A DNA stretch of 64,000 bases from Spirochaetia bacterium (GCA_963668315.1 OY764216.1:1216001-1280000); one strand, 5' to 3'; shown: positions 1 to 9,748, counted from the stretch's first letter. Notes: generated from the sequence alone by a model not told the origin. Numbers and translations are program-made.

Positions 1-1
1 G

Positions 2-292
2 ACAAAGGCTGTTCTGCCCGATACCCGTCTGGTGCTGATGGAGCCTTTCGTTCTTCCCTGCGGAGCCGTCGGGGCCGACTGGCATGACGAAATGGATGAA
101 CGGAGGGAAATCGTACGGAAGCTGAGCCGGGAGTTCGATACGGTGTTTGTTCCCCTGCAGAATCTTCTGACCGAGAAAGCGTCCCTGACCGAACCGGAAT
201 ACTGGCTCGCCGACGGAGTTCATCCCACAGCTGCCGGACATCGCCTTATCGCCGACCGGTGGATGGAAGCCGTCAAGGGGCTGTTTTTCTGA
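2..292 (+). CDS. SGNH/GDSL-family hydrolase, 3' part (gene begins before the window)
   Basis: Frame is open from base 2. C-terminal block V motif DGVHPTAAGH. Confidence 0.85.
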   Translation, partial: TKAVLPDTRLVLMEPFVLPCGAVGADWHDEMDERREIVRKLSREFDTVFVPLQNLLTEKASLTEPEYWLADGVHPTAAGHRLIADRWMEAVKGLFF

Positions 293-1715
293 TCTCTCCG
301 TTATATATTCCTGCCATCTTCTCAAGCTCCTTATCGCCGTAACAGCGGATTTTCAGTGAGAGGCTGTTCCCATGGGGCGCGGCCAGCAGGCGGATCTCTC
401 CCATGGCCTCCCCGATGATCTTCACCGTCAGGCAGACCAGGCCGTCCTCCTTGAGGGAAACATAGCCGTAACAGGGCTGATTTCCCCCCGTTTCCTCCAC
501 ATGGACCTTTCCCTCCGCCGGACGGTTAAGGCCGAAGGTTAAGGCCCCTTTTCCCAAACCGCTCAGACTGACCTGGGATCCCTCCCGGGAAAGGGTCAAG
601 CGGTCCTTTCCTGCAGGCCGAGAGGGACCGGTGAACAGCCACTCTCCCCCAAGGGAATCGAGAACATCCATCCGGTCTTCGGGGAATGAGGGGATAGGCA
701 CGGTCAGTCCGGCCGTTTTTGTCTGAAGTATGCCGTAGGCTTCGTCGTCGGGAGGCAGGCCCCTTTCGCGGCAGGCGGGGACGATAATATCCCAGAAGGC
801 TCTGTGGATAGCCTCCGTTCCGTAGTTGTCCTCCTGGGTATCGGCGACGGTGGTCAGCATCAAGGCCGATTCGGGAAGGGCGAGGACCAGCTGGCCTCCC
901 AGGCCGTAAAGGGCGAAACCGTCTCGGCGGGTTTTCCAGAACTGGTAGCCGTAGCCCCACCTCTGGTCATAGCTGTCCAGGAAGGAGGTATCCGCCTGGA
1001 AGGAGAGGGCCCGTTTCAGATAACCGGCGGGTATCAGCTGTTCTCCCTCCCACTTCCCCCCGTTCAGGCAGAGGAGGCCGATGTTCCGCAGATCCTCCAT
1101 GGAAGCGATAAATCCCGATCCTCCCTGGGATATGCCCCGGGGATCGGGAAGAATCCGCGCCTTGTCGGAGAGTCCTATCTTCCCGAGAAAACGTTCCCTC
1201 AGGAAATCCAGCAGTTTCATTCCGGTCAGTTTTTCCACCAGGGCGGTCAGAACATGGCTGGATGATGTGTCGTAGGAGAAAAAGCTTCCCGGCCGATTCG
1301 TCGGGGCCACATGGAAGAAGGACTCCACCCAGTCGCCCTGATAGGATTTATAGGATGTCTGGGAATGGGCCGATCTCATGGTGAGCATATCTTCAATCGT
1401 GACAGCGGCGATAAAGGGAGGGAGCGGATCGGGGAGCATCTCGGGGAAGTAGGAGCATATCCTGTCTCCCAGTTTCAGACGTCCCTCCGATTCGAGGAGC
1501 CCCACCGCCAGGGAGACCAGACTCTTCCCCACCGAGTACATGCGGTGCTGACCGCCCTCTTGGAAGGGTGCCCAGTATCCTTCGGCCAGAATCTTCCCCC
1601 TTCTGACAAGGGAAAAACCATGCATGTTGACCCGGTACTTCTCAAGCCAGTCCAGGAAGTCGATAATGGCCTGGGAAGGGAGCCCTCCCTCTTCGGGACG
1701 TATCGTTTCGAGCAT
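273..1715 (-). CDS. Serine hydrolase, beta-lactamase class C-like family
   Basis: SxxK motif (YSVGKS), LLTM-like MLTMRS, PG..FSY, YGYQFW, GLGGQ. Start moved to the ATG at 1715, which follows GGAGG. Confidence 0.85.
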   Translation of the reverse strand: MLETIRPEEGGLPSQAIIDFLDWLEKYRVNMHGFSLVRRGKILAEGYWAPFQEGGQHRMYSVGKSLVSLAVGLLESEGRLKLGDRICSYFPEMLPDPLPPFIAAVTIEDMLTMRSAHSQTSYKSYQGDWVESFFHVAPTNRPGSFFSYDTSSSHVLTALVEKLTGMKLLDFLRERFLGKIGLSDKARILPDPRGISQGGSGFIASMEDLRNIGLLCLNGGKWEGEQLIPAGYLKRALSFQADTSFLDSYDQRWGYGYQFWKTRRDGFALYGLGGQLVLALPESALMLTTVADTQEDNYGTEAIHRAFWDIIVPACRERGLPPDDEAYGILQTKTAGLTVPIPSFPEDRMDVLDSLGGEWLFTGPSRPAGKDRLTLSREGSQVSLSGLGKGALTFGLNRPAEGKVHVEETGGNQPCYGYVSLKEDGLVCLTVKIIGEAMGEIRLLAAPHGNSLSLKIRCYGDKELEKMAGIYNGEIRKTAP

Positions 1716-1909
1716 GGAACCTCCAGGGGCGTCTCCGGCTTCATACTCCGGCCGGCCCGGAATCACTTTACCCCCTATCGGCCAGGAAGGCAAGGGACGC
1801 GGGACAGGCCCATGGGGATATTAATATTGGACAATTTCAGAAAACCGCCTGATAATGACAATAAGGGGGCGGTAGTTTCTCTTGTCCGCCGATTCACCCG
1901 AAGGAGAGA

Positions 1910-3076
1910 ATGATGTCTGATAGAAATACCGGTTACGCCTATCTGCCGTGGATCGACGGAATCCGGGCTGTCTCCGTCCTGGCGGTGATTATATACGGGC
2001 TCGGTTTTTTCCCCCCCATGAAAGGGGGCTTTTCCGCGGCCGATATCCTTTTCGTTATATCCGGATATGTCATAAGCCATTCCCAGAGCCGGGCGGTGAT
2101 GTCTTCGGGAAGGGATCTGAGTTTTATCTCCTTTGTCCTCGGTTTTTACGGACGCCGGATCCTGCGCTTGGTCCCCGCCCTGGCCGCGTGCCTCTTTATC
2201 ACGTTTCTCCTCTTCGGCTCCTCCCTGTCTCCCGAGGCAGGATACACGGGACTGAGCGCTTATCTGGGATTAAGCCCGGTCTATCTGGCTGGGCAGGGAG
2301 AAACCATGGAAGCCGCTATGGGAGGAATGAATCCCTTTTTTTCTACCTGGTTTCTGGGGGCGCTGATCCCCTTCTATCTGATCTTTCCCCTGCTTTTTTA
2401 TTTCTGGCTCGCCGGAGGAAGAAGGGGAGGCGTCCTCCGGGTTCTCTCCCGCCTCATCGTGCCCCTGCTTTTCGGCCTCTCCCTGGTCTATGCGGCTCTG
2501 AGCCGCAACAGCCTTTCCCTTTTCTATCTCTTTCCGGGCCGTCTTTGGGAGATAGCCGCCGGTTCCCTCCTTTTCTTCCTCCAGACAAGATGGCAGTTTC
2601 TTTCAGGCGGAAGGGCCGTGGGGGCCAATCTGCTCCTTCCCTTCGGATTTTTTATGGTTATGGCCGGTTTCTTTCTGATTACGCCGGGTTATTATCCCGT
2701 CCCCTGGGCCTTTCTCCCTGTGGGCGGTACGCTTCTCATGCTGTGGGGAATGGGGGAGGGAGCGGACCGGCTGACACCCGTGCATACTTTTCTGGGATCG
2801 GTGCCCCTGGTTTTCTGGGGGAAACGGGCCTATTCCCTTTATCTCTGGCACTGGCCGGTGATCATATTTCTGAGGAAGACGGGGCTCATGGAAAATCTGC
2901 TGGAGAAGATTCTGGCTGTCCTTGTCATATTTATCGTCGGAGCCTTGTCCTATCGCCTGGTCGAACGGCCCTTCCGCTTCGGGAAAAACGTCAGGAAGGG
3001 AAAAGGGCCTCTTGTCATACTTCTGGGACTTTTCATCCTCGGGGGAGTAAGCCTGCTGTTTTTTTCTCCGGCCTGA
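1910..3076 (+). CDS. Acyltransferase-3 (OafA-like) membrane protein with degenerate conserved motifs and no SGNH domain
   Basis: IDGIRA, FVISGY, RRILRL, YSLYLWHWP, SYRLVERPFR motifs. About 10 hydrophobic segments. Confidence 0.85.
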   Translation: MMSDRNTGYAYLPWIDGIRAVSVLAVIIYGLGFFPPMKGGFSAADILFVISGYVISHSQSRAVMSSGRDLSFISFVLGFYGRRILRLVPALAACLFITFLLFGSSLSPEAGYTGLSAYLGLSPVYLAGQGETMEAAMGGMNPFFSTWFLGALIPFYLIFPLLFYFWLAGGRRGGVLRVLSRLIVPLLFGLSLVYAALSRNSLSLFYLFPGRLWEIAAGSLLFFLQTRWQFLSGGRAVGANLLLPFGFFMVMAGFFLITPGYYPVPWAFLPVGGTLLMLWGMGEGADRLTPVHTFLGSVPLVFWGKRAYSLYLWHWPVIIFLRKTGLMENLLEKILAVLVIFIVGALSYRLVERPFRFGKNVRKGKGPLVILLGLFILGGVSLLFFSPA

Positions 3077-3161
3077 GTCCCTTTGTGAGAGGGAGCAGTG
3101 GAAAAGTTCTCTTCTTGGGGCTATCCTATGGATGTGCCGTTTATTTGGGGAGGGTGATAAT

Positions 3162-4145
3162 ATGAGAAAACTGATTGCACTGCTGGGCGCGGCTCTGCTT
3201 TTTGCCGGATGCGCTACCATGGGGCAGCTCTTGGGAGAACCGGAGATACGTCTTAAGGGAATGGCCATTGAGTCTCTGGATCTGGAGGGAATCACTTTCC
3301 GCTGTGACTATACCGTCAAAAATCCCTATCCCGTGGGTATTAAGGTAAGCCGGGTTAAAACGGATGTCAGTTATGGGGATACACTGTTTGTCTCCCTTGT
3401 CACCGACGAAGGCCTGAATCTGGCGGCGGCCGCCACGAATGACAACAGCATCCTGTTTACGGTGCCCTACGAAAGCCTTTGGGATCTGGCCGAGGAGGGA
3501 CGGGACAGGGAATCCCTTCCCTTTGCCCTGGACGGCACGGCTTCCTTCGATCTCTCATCGGTCCCCATGCTGGAGAATCAGTCCCTTACGGTTCCCTATC
3601 ATCTGGACTTCGAAGTCCCCCTATTCAAGCCTGAGTTCCGTGTATCCGGAGGACGGATTGTCATGCCCTCTCTGCAGGAGATTACCAAAGCCCTGGCGGC
3701 GGGGGGAATGAACGTTATTAAAGCCGGTATCAATGCGGGGAGGATGATCGTCGGCGAACCGGTGGAGGCGGAAGTCTTCGAAGAGATTGATCTGGACTTT
3801 ACCGTCCTCTTCGACCTGTCGGTGAGAAACCGCGGGGGAGCTCCCTGGCTCTTTGATCTGAAACAGTGCCGCGTGGATACGGGCATGGGCTCCCTTGTGG
3901 ATATGGAGGTCCGTTCCGGTTCCGGGACAATCAACGGGGCGGGGGACGAACTGCAGATGGCCGCCGTTCTCAATACCCGGGAGTGGGGATCTTTCCTCGC
4001 CGGGCTGGCGGCGGGCCGCGTTTCCGGTTCCGCTCTGGTTCTTGAAAGCTCGCTTACCTTCCCCGGACTTCCCTATGAGGCGGAGCTGCCTCTGAACATC
4101 CATCAGGACCTTTCCCTGGGAGCCTTCCGTTTTGGCTCGGAGTAG
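3162..4145 (+). CDS. LEA type 2 (WHy) domain lipoprotein, probably two domains
   Basis: Lipobox FAGC. V.NPYP motif in the first half and a second VRNRG strand. ATG at 3162 follows GGAGGG. Confidence 0.7.
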   Translation: MRKLIALLGAALLFAGCATMGQLLGEPEIRLKGMAIESLDLEGITFRCDYTVKNPYPVGIKVSRVKTDVSYGDTLFVSLVTDEGLNLAAAATNDNSILFTVPYESLWDLAEEGRDRESLPFALDGTASFDLSSVPMLENQSLTVPYHLDFEVPLFKPEFRVSGGRIVMPSLQEITKALAAGGMNVIKAGINAGRMIVGEPVEAEVFEEIDLDFTVLFDLSVRNRGGAPWLFDLKQCRVDTGMGSLVDMEVRSGSGTINGAGDELQMAAVLNTREWGSFLAGLAAGRVSGSALVLESSLTFPGLPYEAELPLNIHQDLSLGAFRFGSE

Positions 4146-4896
4146 ATACGCCCTTGCGGGATTCCCGGGCCTCCTGATCTTTTTTGCGGGAATACTCTTA
4201 GGCTGTTCAGACCCCCTTCCCCGGCTGGAGGACTATCTGGGGACTTACCGTATCATAAAGATTGATGACAAGGGGGAGTCCCTGGAAACCCCCACACTGA
4301 ATAATATTGAGCTGACCTCGGAGTCCTATATCTACCGGTTCGACAGAAACGGAGACAACCGCTTCTCCGCCGAAGAGGTTCTGACACAGCCGCTGGATTT
4401 TTCCGTGGACAGCGGCAATCAGCCCTGGCTTCTTCTTTCCGACGGAGAGCGGAAAATCAGTCTGCTCCCCCATGATTATTATGACGTTCTCTTCAGGGAA
4501 GAGGCGTCGGGGACGACCCTATATGCACGCAAGGTGATTCCTCCCCGGGATAATCTGAATTATATAAAGAAACGGGAGAGGCTCTACGGCTCCTATGAAA
4601 TCATCAAGTTCCGGGAGAATGAGACCATCCTGAATATTGGCGCCTCCGGCTTTATCACCATAAGTGAGAGCGAGTATATTTCCGGGATCGACAGGGATTC
4701 CGACGGTGCCATCGGGGAAGAGGAGAGGCTTGTCTCTCCCTATGAGTTCCACCGGGATGACGGGGGCGAATCCTTCCTGCTGATTAATCGGGATAACATC
4801 CCGGTCCTGGCTTACCGGGAGGATAACTTCGATCTTCTGCTGCGGAGAATAGACAGCCTCGGCAACGATGTCATTATGTATCTGAAGAGGAGGTAA
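4132..4896 (+). CDS. Hypothetical lipoprotein with two tandem lipocalin-like repeats, each with an EF-hand-like loop
   Basis: Lipobox LLGC. Internal duplication (LGTYRII / YGSYEII ... LYARK / MYLKR). Overlaps the upstream stop codon. Confidence 0.65.
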   Translation: MARSRYALAGFPGLLIFFAGILLGCSDPLPRLEDYLGTYRIIKIDDKGESLETPTLNNIELTSESYIYRFDRNGDNRFSAEEVLTQPLDFSVDSGNQPWLLLSDGERKISLLPHDYYDVLFREEASGTTLYARKVIPPRDNLNYIKKRERLYGSYEIIKFRENETILNIGASGFITISESEYISGIDRDSDGAIGEEERLVSPYEFHRDDGGESFLLINRDNIPVLAYREDNFDLLLRRIDSLGNDVIMYLKRR

Positions 4897-6235
4897 GGGG
4901 CTCATCCCTTCTTTTCAGCCATAACACCGAGGTGCAGACTATCATGGCCGCGGTCAGGACCAGACAGAGCAGAACCGCCGGATTATAACTGCCCGTAAAC
5001 TGTTCGGCCAGGCTGAAGAGGTAGGGCCCCACGGCGGAACCCACCACCATCCAGCTCATCCCGAAACCGGAGATCGCTCCCAGATGGGCATTGCCGTACA
5101 GCCGGACCCAGGTGATGCTGGTCAGAGTGCCGAATACGCCTCCCGAAATCCCCATGCCGATGATGAGCAGGAGTATGGGCAGGCCGGTACCCAGGAAAAG
5201 TATCGCGACCATCCCCAGGACCAGACCGGCCAGATAGATCAGATACAGAATTTCCAGGCGGACTCTGTCGCTCAGGGCGCTGATAAGGAACTGGGAAGAG
5301 ACGGAGACCAGGGAGATGGGGAGGAATATCCCTATGGCCTGACTTCTGTCCAGGCCTATCTTGCCGAAAATGGATACCACATGAAAGGTATAAGCCGTGT
5401 TGTAAAGGCTGAGTATGGCCAGGGAGACGGCGAAGATCCATAGGGCGGGCCTTCTCTTCGCCTCTTTGAGTGTCAGCTCTTCGGTCCTATGGAGAAGCGC
5501 GGTTTTGGGGTTCTCTTTCACTTCCTTCCTGCCGTCCTGCTTAAGGCGGCAGATACGGGGATTGTCACGGAAGAAGATAAACCCGAAGAGGGCCATGGCG
5601 AATCCGCAGACCAGGGCCAGGACCTGCCAGGCTTCCCGCCAGGTATGATTCTGTATCAGGCTGTCCAGCAGGCGGGGGGCATAGGAAAAGCCGAAGGAGG
5701 TGACAACCCCCAGAATGGCGGCGGCAAGGCCTCTTCGTTTGTTGAACCACTTCATGACCATACTTCGGGATATCATGGTCATCACGCCCTGTCCGGAGAA
5801 GCGGAGCAGGAAAAATCCCAGAATCATCAGGGTGAAACCCCATACATAGGGACTCAGGGGGGTGACTTGCGCGGCCGCCCCGGCGATCCTGTCCACCTGG
5901 CTCAGGAAAAGAAGGATAAGTCCCATGATAGACCCGGAGAGCAGAACGGTCAGGCGAACTCCGAAACGGTCGTAGAATTTGCCCGCCCGGGACAGAACGA
6001 GACTGGACAGGGTGGTGCCTATCATGTATGTCAGACTCAGATTGAGACGGCTTATGCCCAGGGCGTCTATCAGGTAATCGGTGAAAACCGAGACGCCCAT
6101 GGTCTGCCCGGGGATGCTCATCAGAATACCCACCGCTCCCAGTGCCAGGATGAACCATCCGTAGTAGAGGGGGGATTTTTCCGGATTGAAGGGCATGTTG
6201 ACGAGGCGTTCTTCTATATTGGGACGTTTTTCCAT
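4874..6235 (-). CDS. MFS transporter
   Basis: About 12 TM segments. YYGW N-terminus, motif A GKFYDRFGVR, KWFNKRRGLA. Confidence 0.9.
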   Translation of the reverse strand: MEKRPNIEERLVNMPFNPEKSPLYYGWFILALGAVGILMSIPGQTMGVSVFTDYLIDALGISRLNLSLTYMIGTTLSSLVLSRAGKFYDRFGVRLTVLLSGSIMGLILLFLSQVDRIAGAAAQVTPLSPYVWGFTLMILGFFLLRFSGQGVMTMISRSMVMKWFNKRRGLAAAILGVVTSFGFSYAPRLLDSLIQNHTWREAWQVLALVCGFAMALFGFIFFRDNPRICRLKQDGRKEVKENPKTALLHRTEELTLKEAKRRPALWIFAVSLAILSLYNTAYTFHVVSIFGKIGLDRSQAIGIFLPISLVSVSSQFLISALSDRVRLEILYLIYLAGLVLGMVAILFLGTGLPILLLIIGMGISGGVFGTLTSITWVRLYGNAHLGAISGFGMSWMVVGSAVGPYLFSLAEQFTGSYNPAVLLCLVLTAAMIVCTSVLWLKRRDEPLTSSSDT

Positions 6236-6336
6236 AATTTTCTGAGCCTATCACATCGCCATGGCATGAACAAGAGTTTCGAGAAAAGCTTTTCCCCCGG
6301 TTTGACACCGGCCTGCGGGTTGACTAAAATTGGGGT

Positions 6337-6897
6337 GTGATGAAAAAAAGCGCCTATGCCCTCATCCTCTTCCTTTTCCTACTCGTTCCCCTTGCCTCCC
6401 AGTCAAGAATCGTGGAAGAGGCTCCCTGGGCAGAGGAAGAACCGGTGAAAGAGTCCCGGCTCCTGGAAATCTACCTCCCCCTGGAGTTCTTCGGGGGAAA
6501 TATCATGAATTACGGCGTGGGCGCCGCCTTCCTGGAAAAAAAGCTTGATGTTCAGTTCCAGGGGGGAGTTTCCTCCTATAAATGGGAGGATGCTTCCTAC
6601 TATACCGATGATTACAAAACATGGGGATTCAGTCTCGGATGGGATATTACTCACCATTTTCTGTTCCGCGAAGAGAGGCTGGGTGCTTATTACGGACTCA
6701 TCTACCGTTATAATCATATGGACAATATGAAATACACCGCGTTGCCCGACATTCACTGGACCGGTCTCTCCCTGGGGGGAGAGCTGCATGGAAAGAGGCT
6801 TACTTTCTACGGGGAGAGCCTCTGGTATCTGGAGAATTTTTATCTGGATCTTCCCCATGTCACCCTGGCGGGAGGAGTGAAATTCTGGCTGTTCTGA
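6337..6897 (+). CDS. Hypothetical exported protein, likely a small outer-membrane beta-barrel
   Basis: Signal peptide, alternating aromatic beta-strands, C-terminal GGVKFWLF. Confidence 0.55.
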   Translation: MMKKSAYALILFLFLLVPLASQSRIVEEAPWAEEEPVKESRLLEIYLPLEFFGGNIMNYGVGAAFLEKKLDVQFQGGVSSYKWEDASYYTDDYKTWGFSLGWDITHHFLFREERLGAYYGLIYRYNHMDNMKYTALPDIHWTGLSLGGELHGKRLTFYGESLWYLENFYLDLPHVTLAGGVKFWLF

Positions 6898-7643
6898 GAT
6901 TACGATCCATTGCTGTGTTCATCCTTCTCCTGTGGCTGACGTCGTGCCATGATCTGCTTATGACCTCTCCCTATACCGTGGGAGGGGGGATCGAGATGTT
7001 CCTCGACGGGAAGCTGGTCGCCGCGGCGGACTTCGACAGGGCCTTCGATGCCGATATGAGTAAGTATGTCTACAGGATAGAGTCGGGAAGCAATCCCGTG
7101 AACGGCCTGGGAGAACTGGTCGTTTTCCAGAGGGACATAGGGCTCGGGGAAATTGACTATCTGTGGTCCAACAGCTTCGGGACAACCCCTGTTGATACCA
7201 ACGGTCTCAGCGGTTATTATCGATTTGCCGGAGATTTATCCTGCGATTCCCTGGCTAATGTGGATTACACGATTAATGAAGCCGCCGTTATACGGGGAAC
7301 CGACCCGCCTCCCTATCTTACCGATGGCGGGGCGCCCATGGCACTGGCTCCGGAACGGGACAGCATCATTCAGCTGGGGGCCGATGTTCTCCCCTCCCGT
7401 TTGAAGACTCTGACCGTCGGCTTCTGGTTTCAGGAGGAGATGGACAACGATTCGCCGGTAAACCTTATGAATATCGTCAATCCGGGCAGCCGCAGCGCGC
7501 CCCCCCTGGACCTGACGATAGAACCGGGGGGAAGACTCGTCCTTACTGTGGGTACGAACTGGAATAAGATCTGGTACCGGCCGGGGAATGACTTTGACGA
7601 CGGGGAAGGGCATATGATTACCCTGAGATTCCGGAACTGGTAA
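6885..7643 (+). CDS. Lipoprotein with a LamG/concanavalin-like domain (apparently circularly permuted)
   Basis: Lipobox LTSC. LamG-like motifs MFLDGKLV, ELVVFQR..EI..LW, LSGYYRF.G, LTVGFWF, DDGEGHMI. Start is either CTG 6885 (after GGAGGAG) or GTG 6915. Confidence 0.6.
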   Translation: MAVLRLRSIAVFILLLWLTSCHDLLMTSPYTVGGGIEMFLDGKLVAAADFDRAFDADMSKYVYRIESGSNPVNGLGELVVFQRDIGLGEIDYLWSNSFGTTPVDTNGLSGYYRFAGDLSCDSLANVDYTINEAAVIRGTDPPPYLTDGGAPMALAPERDSIIQLGADVLPSRLKTLTVGFWFQEEMDNDSPVNLMNIVNPGSRSAPPLDLTIEPGGRLVLTVGTNWNKIWYRPGNDFDDGEGHMITLRFRNW

Positions 7644-7682
7644 TTCCGCGGCCTCTCCGGGGTAATCCCCTCATTCCGCAGA

Positions 7683-8663
7683 CTAGCGCTCTTCTCTGAA
7701 GTAGGCCAGGCCAAGGCTTTCGGGAGGCTGATCCTCCCGTTTTTTTCTCATGCTGGTTCCCACAAGAATTACTATGGTGACAATGTACTGCAGCATCTTA
7801 AAGAGCTCCTGGGCGCTCCGCCCGAGGCCGGGAAGATACATGTAAAGGATGGAGAGCACGCCGAAGAGAAGGGCTCCCAGAACGGCCTTGCGCGTATCCC
7901 ACAGGGCGAAGATAACGACCGCGATAGCCAGCCATCCCCTCTCTCCGAAACCGTTGTTGGTCCAGGTCCCCCCGAGGTATTCCATGACGAAGTACAGCCC
8001 GCCGAGCCCTGCAACCGCCCCGCCGATAACGGTGGCGAAGTATTTGTAGCGGGCCACATTGATACCGGCCGCGTCGGCGGTGGCCGGGTTCTCTCCCACG
8101 GCGCGGAGGTTCAGCCCCAGACGTGTCCTGTTTAGTACGAAGGACGTGGAAAAAACAAGGACAAGGGAGAGGTAGGTAAGGAAGCCGTAGGAGAAGAACA
8201 GTTCTCCCACCACGGGTATTCTGTTCAGCCCGGGAATGGACTGCTGGAAGGCGCTGGCCGTAACGGCGACGGATACCTGGCCGACGCCTCCTGCCATTTT
8301 GGAGATGGAACCGCCGAAGAAGTTTCCGAAACCGATGCCGAAGGTGGTCAGGGCCAGCCCGACGACATTCTGGTTAACCCGCAGGGTGATGGTCAGGAAA
8401 CTGAAGAGCAGGGCGGCCAGGGAGGCACAGAGTAGGGAACAGACAAGGGCGATCACAAAACCGACGAAGGGAACGGGTACGGGAACGGCGTTTTCATAGA
8501 AAAACGCTCCGATAAGTCCGGCGATGCCGCCCATGTACATGATGCCGGGAATCCCGAGATTCAGGTTCCCCGATTTCTCCGTTATGATTTCACCGTTGGC
8601 GCCCAGAAGGATGCTGATGCCCTGGGCAATGGCTTTCTGGATAAATATCAGGAACATACTCAT
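7683..8663 (-). CDS. Nucleoside/sugar (CUT2/BMP-type) ABC transporter permease
   Basis: EKSGNLNLG, LRAVGENP.TADAAGINV, GWLAIA motifs. Confidence 0.92.
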   Translation of the reverse strand: MSMFLIFIQKAIAQGISILLGANGEIITEKSGNLNLGIPGIMYMGGIAGLIGAFFYENAVPVPVPFVGFVIALVCSLLCASLAALLFSFLTITLRVNQNVVGLALTTFGIGFGNFFGGSISKMAGGVGQVSVAVTASAFQQSIPGLNRIPVVGELFFSYGFLTYLSLVLVFSTSFVLNRTRLGLNLRAVGENPATADAAGINVARYKYFATVIGGAVAGLGGLYFVMEYLGGTWTNNGFGERGWLAIAVVIFALWDTRKAVLGALLFGVLSILYMYLPGLGRSAQELFKMLQYIVTIVILVGTSMRKKREDQPPESLGLAYFREER

Positions 8664-9748
8664 TTTTCTTCGTCCTCCGGTTTTCCAAGTACGACTTCAT
8701 AATTATTAAAGAATTCCGAACCTATCAGGAAGAACAGGATAATACCGGTAATGATGGCGGAAACATTGTGGTTCAGTCCGAACTGAGAGGCAATCTGGGT
8801 GGCTCCCTTCTCCATAAAGACGAGCAGGGCGGATACGGCGGCCATGGCGAAGGAGTTGAAGTGGGCCATCCAGGCCACGATGATGGCGGTAAATCCCCGT
8901 CCCCCCGCCAGGCTGGTGGAGATGGTGTGGCTGGCTCCGGAGACAATCAGGCTTCCGGCAAATCCGCAGATGGCGCCGGAAAGGGCCATGGTTCTGATAA
9001 TGACTTTCTGAACGCTGATGCCCGCATACCGGGCTGTATCGGGGCTTTCTCCGACGACGGAGAGCTCATAGCCGTGTTTCGTTCTCTTCAGATAGAGGGA
9101 GAGAATCACCGTAACGAGAATCCCCAGGATCAGGTTCAGCCCGTATTTCTGTCCGAAGACCGGGGGAAACCAGCCGGCCGAGGAGGCGGAATTGATAATT
9201 CCCACCGTGTTGGAGCCTTTGGGCTTTTCCCAGAAAACGATGCAGAAGGTGGTAAGCTGCATGGCCACATAGTTCATCATGAGGGTGAAGAGGGTTTCGT
9301 TGGTATTGTATCGGGCCTTGAAAAAAGCCGGAATCACCCCCCATACCATTCCGGCGATACAGCTGGCGATGATGATGAGGACAAGGAGAAGGGCGTTGGG
9401 AAGGGTATCGCCGATGTAGATCATGAGCGCGGCCGCCGCCAGTCCTCCCATGAGCATCTGTCCCTCCCCTCCGATATTCCAGAACTTCATTTTGAAGGCG
9501 GGAACGAGGCCCACGGTTACGACAAGAAGAACGATGATATCACGGATCGTGACCCAGACCCGCCGTGAAGTTCCCAGAGCTCCGTCGATAATTCCGGCGT
9601 AAACCTGGAGGGGATTCAGCTTCGTGATGGCCACGATGACAAATCCGCAGACCACCAGAGCGAGCACAATGGCGATAAGCCGGATGGAGAGGGCCTGTCC
9701 CCGACCGACATGGCTGCGTTTACGTATGCGTATATTACTTAATTTCAT
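8660..9748 (-). CDS. Nucleoside/sugar ABC transporter permease
   Basis: WNIGGEGQ, NETLFTLMMNY, ARYAGI, GFTAIIVAW motifs. Confidence 0.92.
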   Translation of the reverse strand: MKLSNIRIRKRSHVGRGQALSIRLIAIVLALVVCGFVIVAITKLNPLQVYAGIIDGALGTSRRVWVTIRDIIVLLVVTVGLVPAFKMKFWNIGGEGQMLMGGLAAAALMIYIGDTLPNALLLVLIIIASCIAGMVWGVIPAFFKARYNTNETLFTLMMNYVAMQLTTFCIVFWEKPKGSNTVGIINSASSAGWFPPVFGQKYGLNLILGILVTVILSLYLKRTKHGYELSVVGESPDTARYAGISVQKVIIRTMALSGAICGFAGSLIVSGASHTISTSLAGGRGFTAIIVAWMAHFNSFAMAAVSALLVFMEKGATQIASQFGLNHNVSAIITGIILFFLIGSEFFNNYEVVLGKPEDEEK

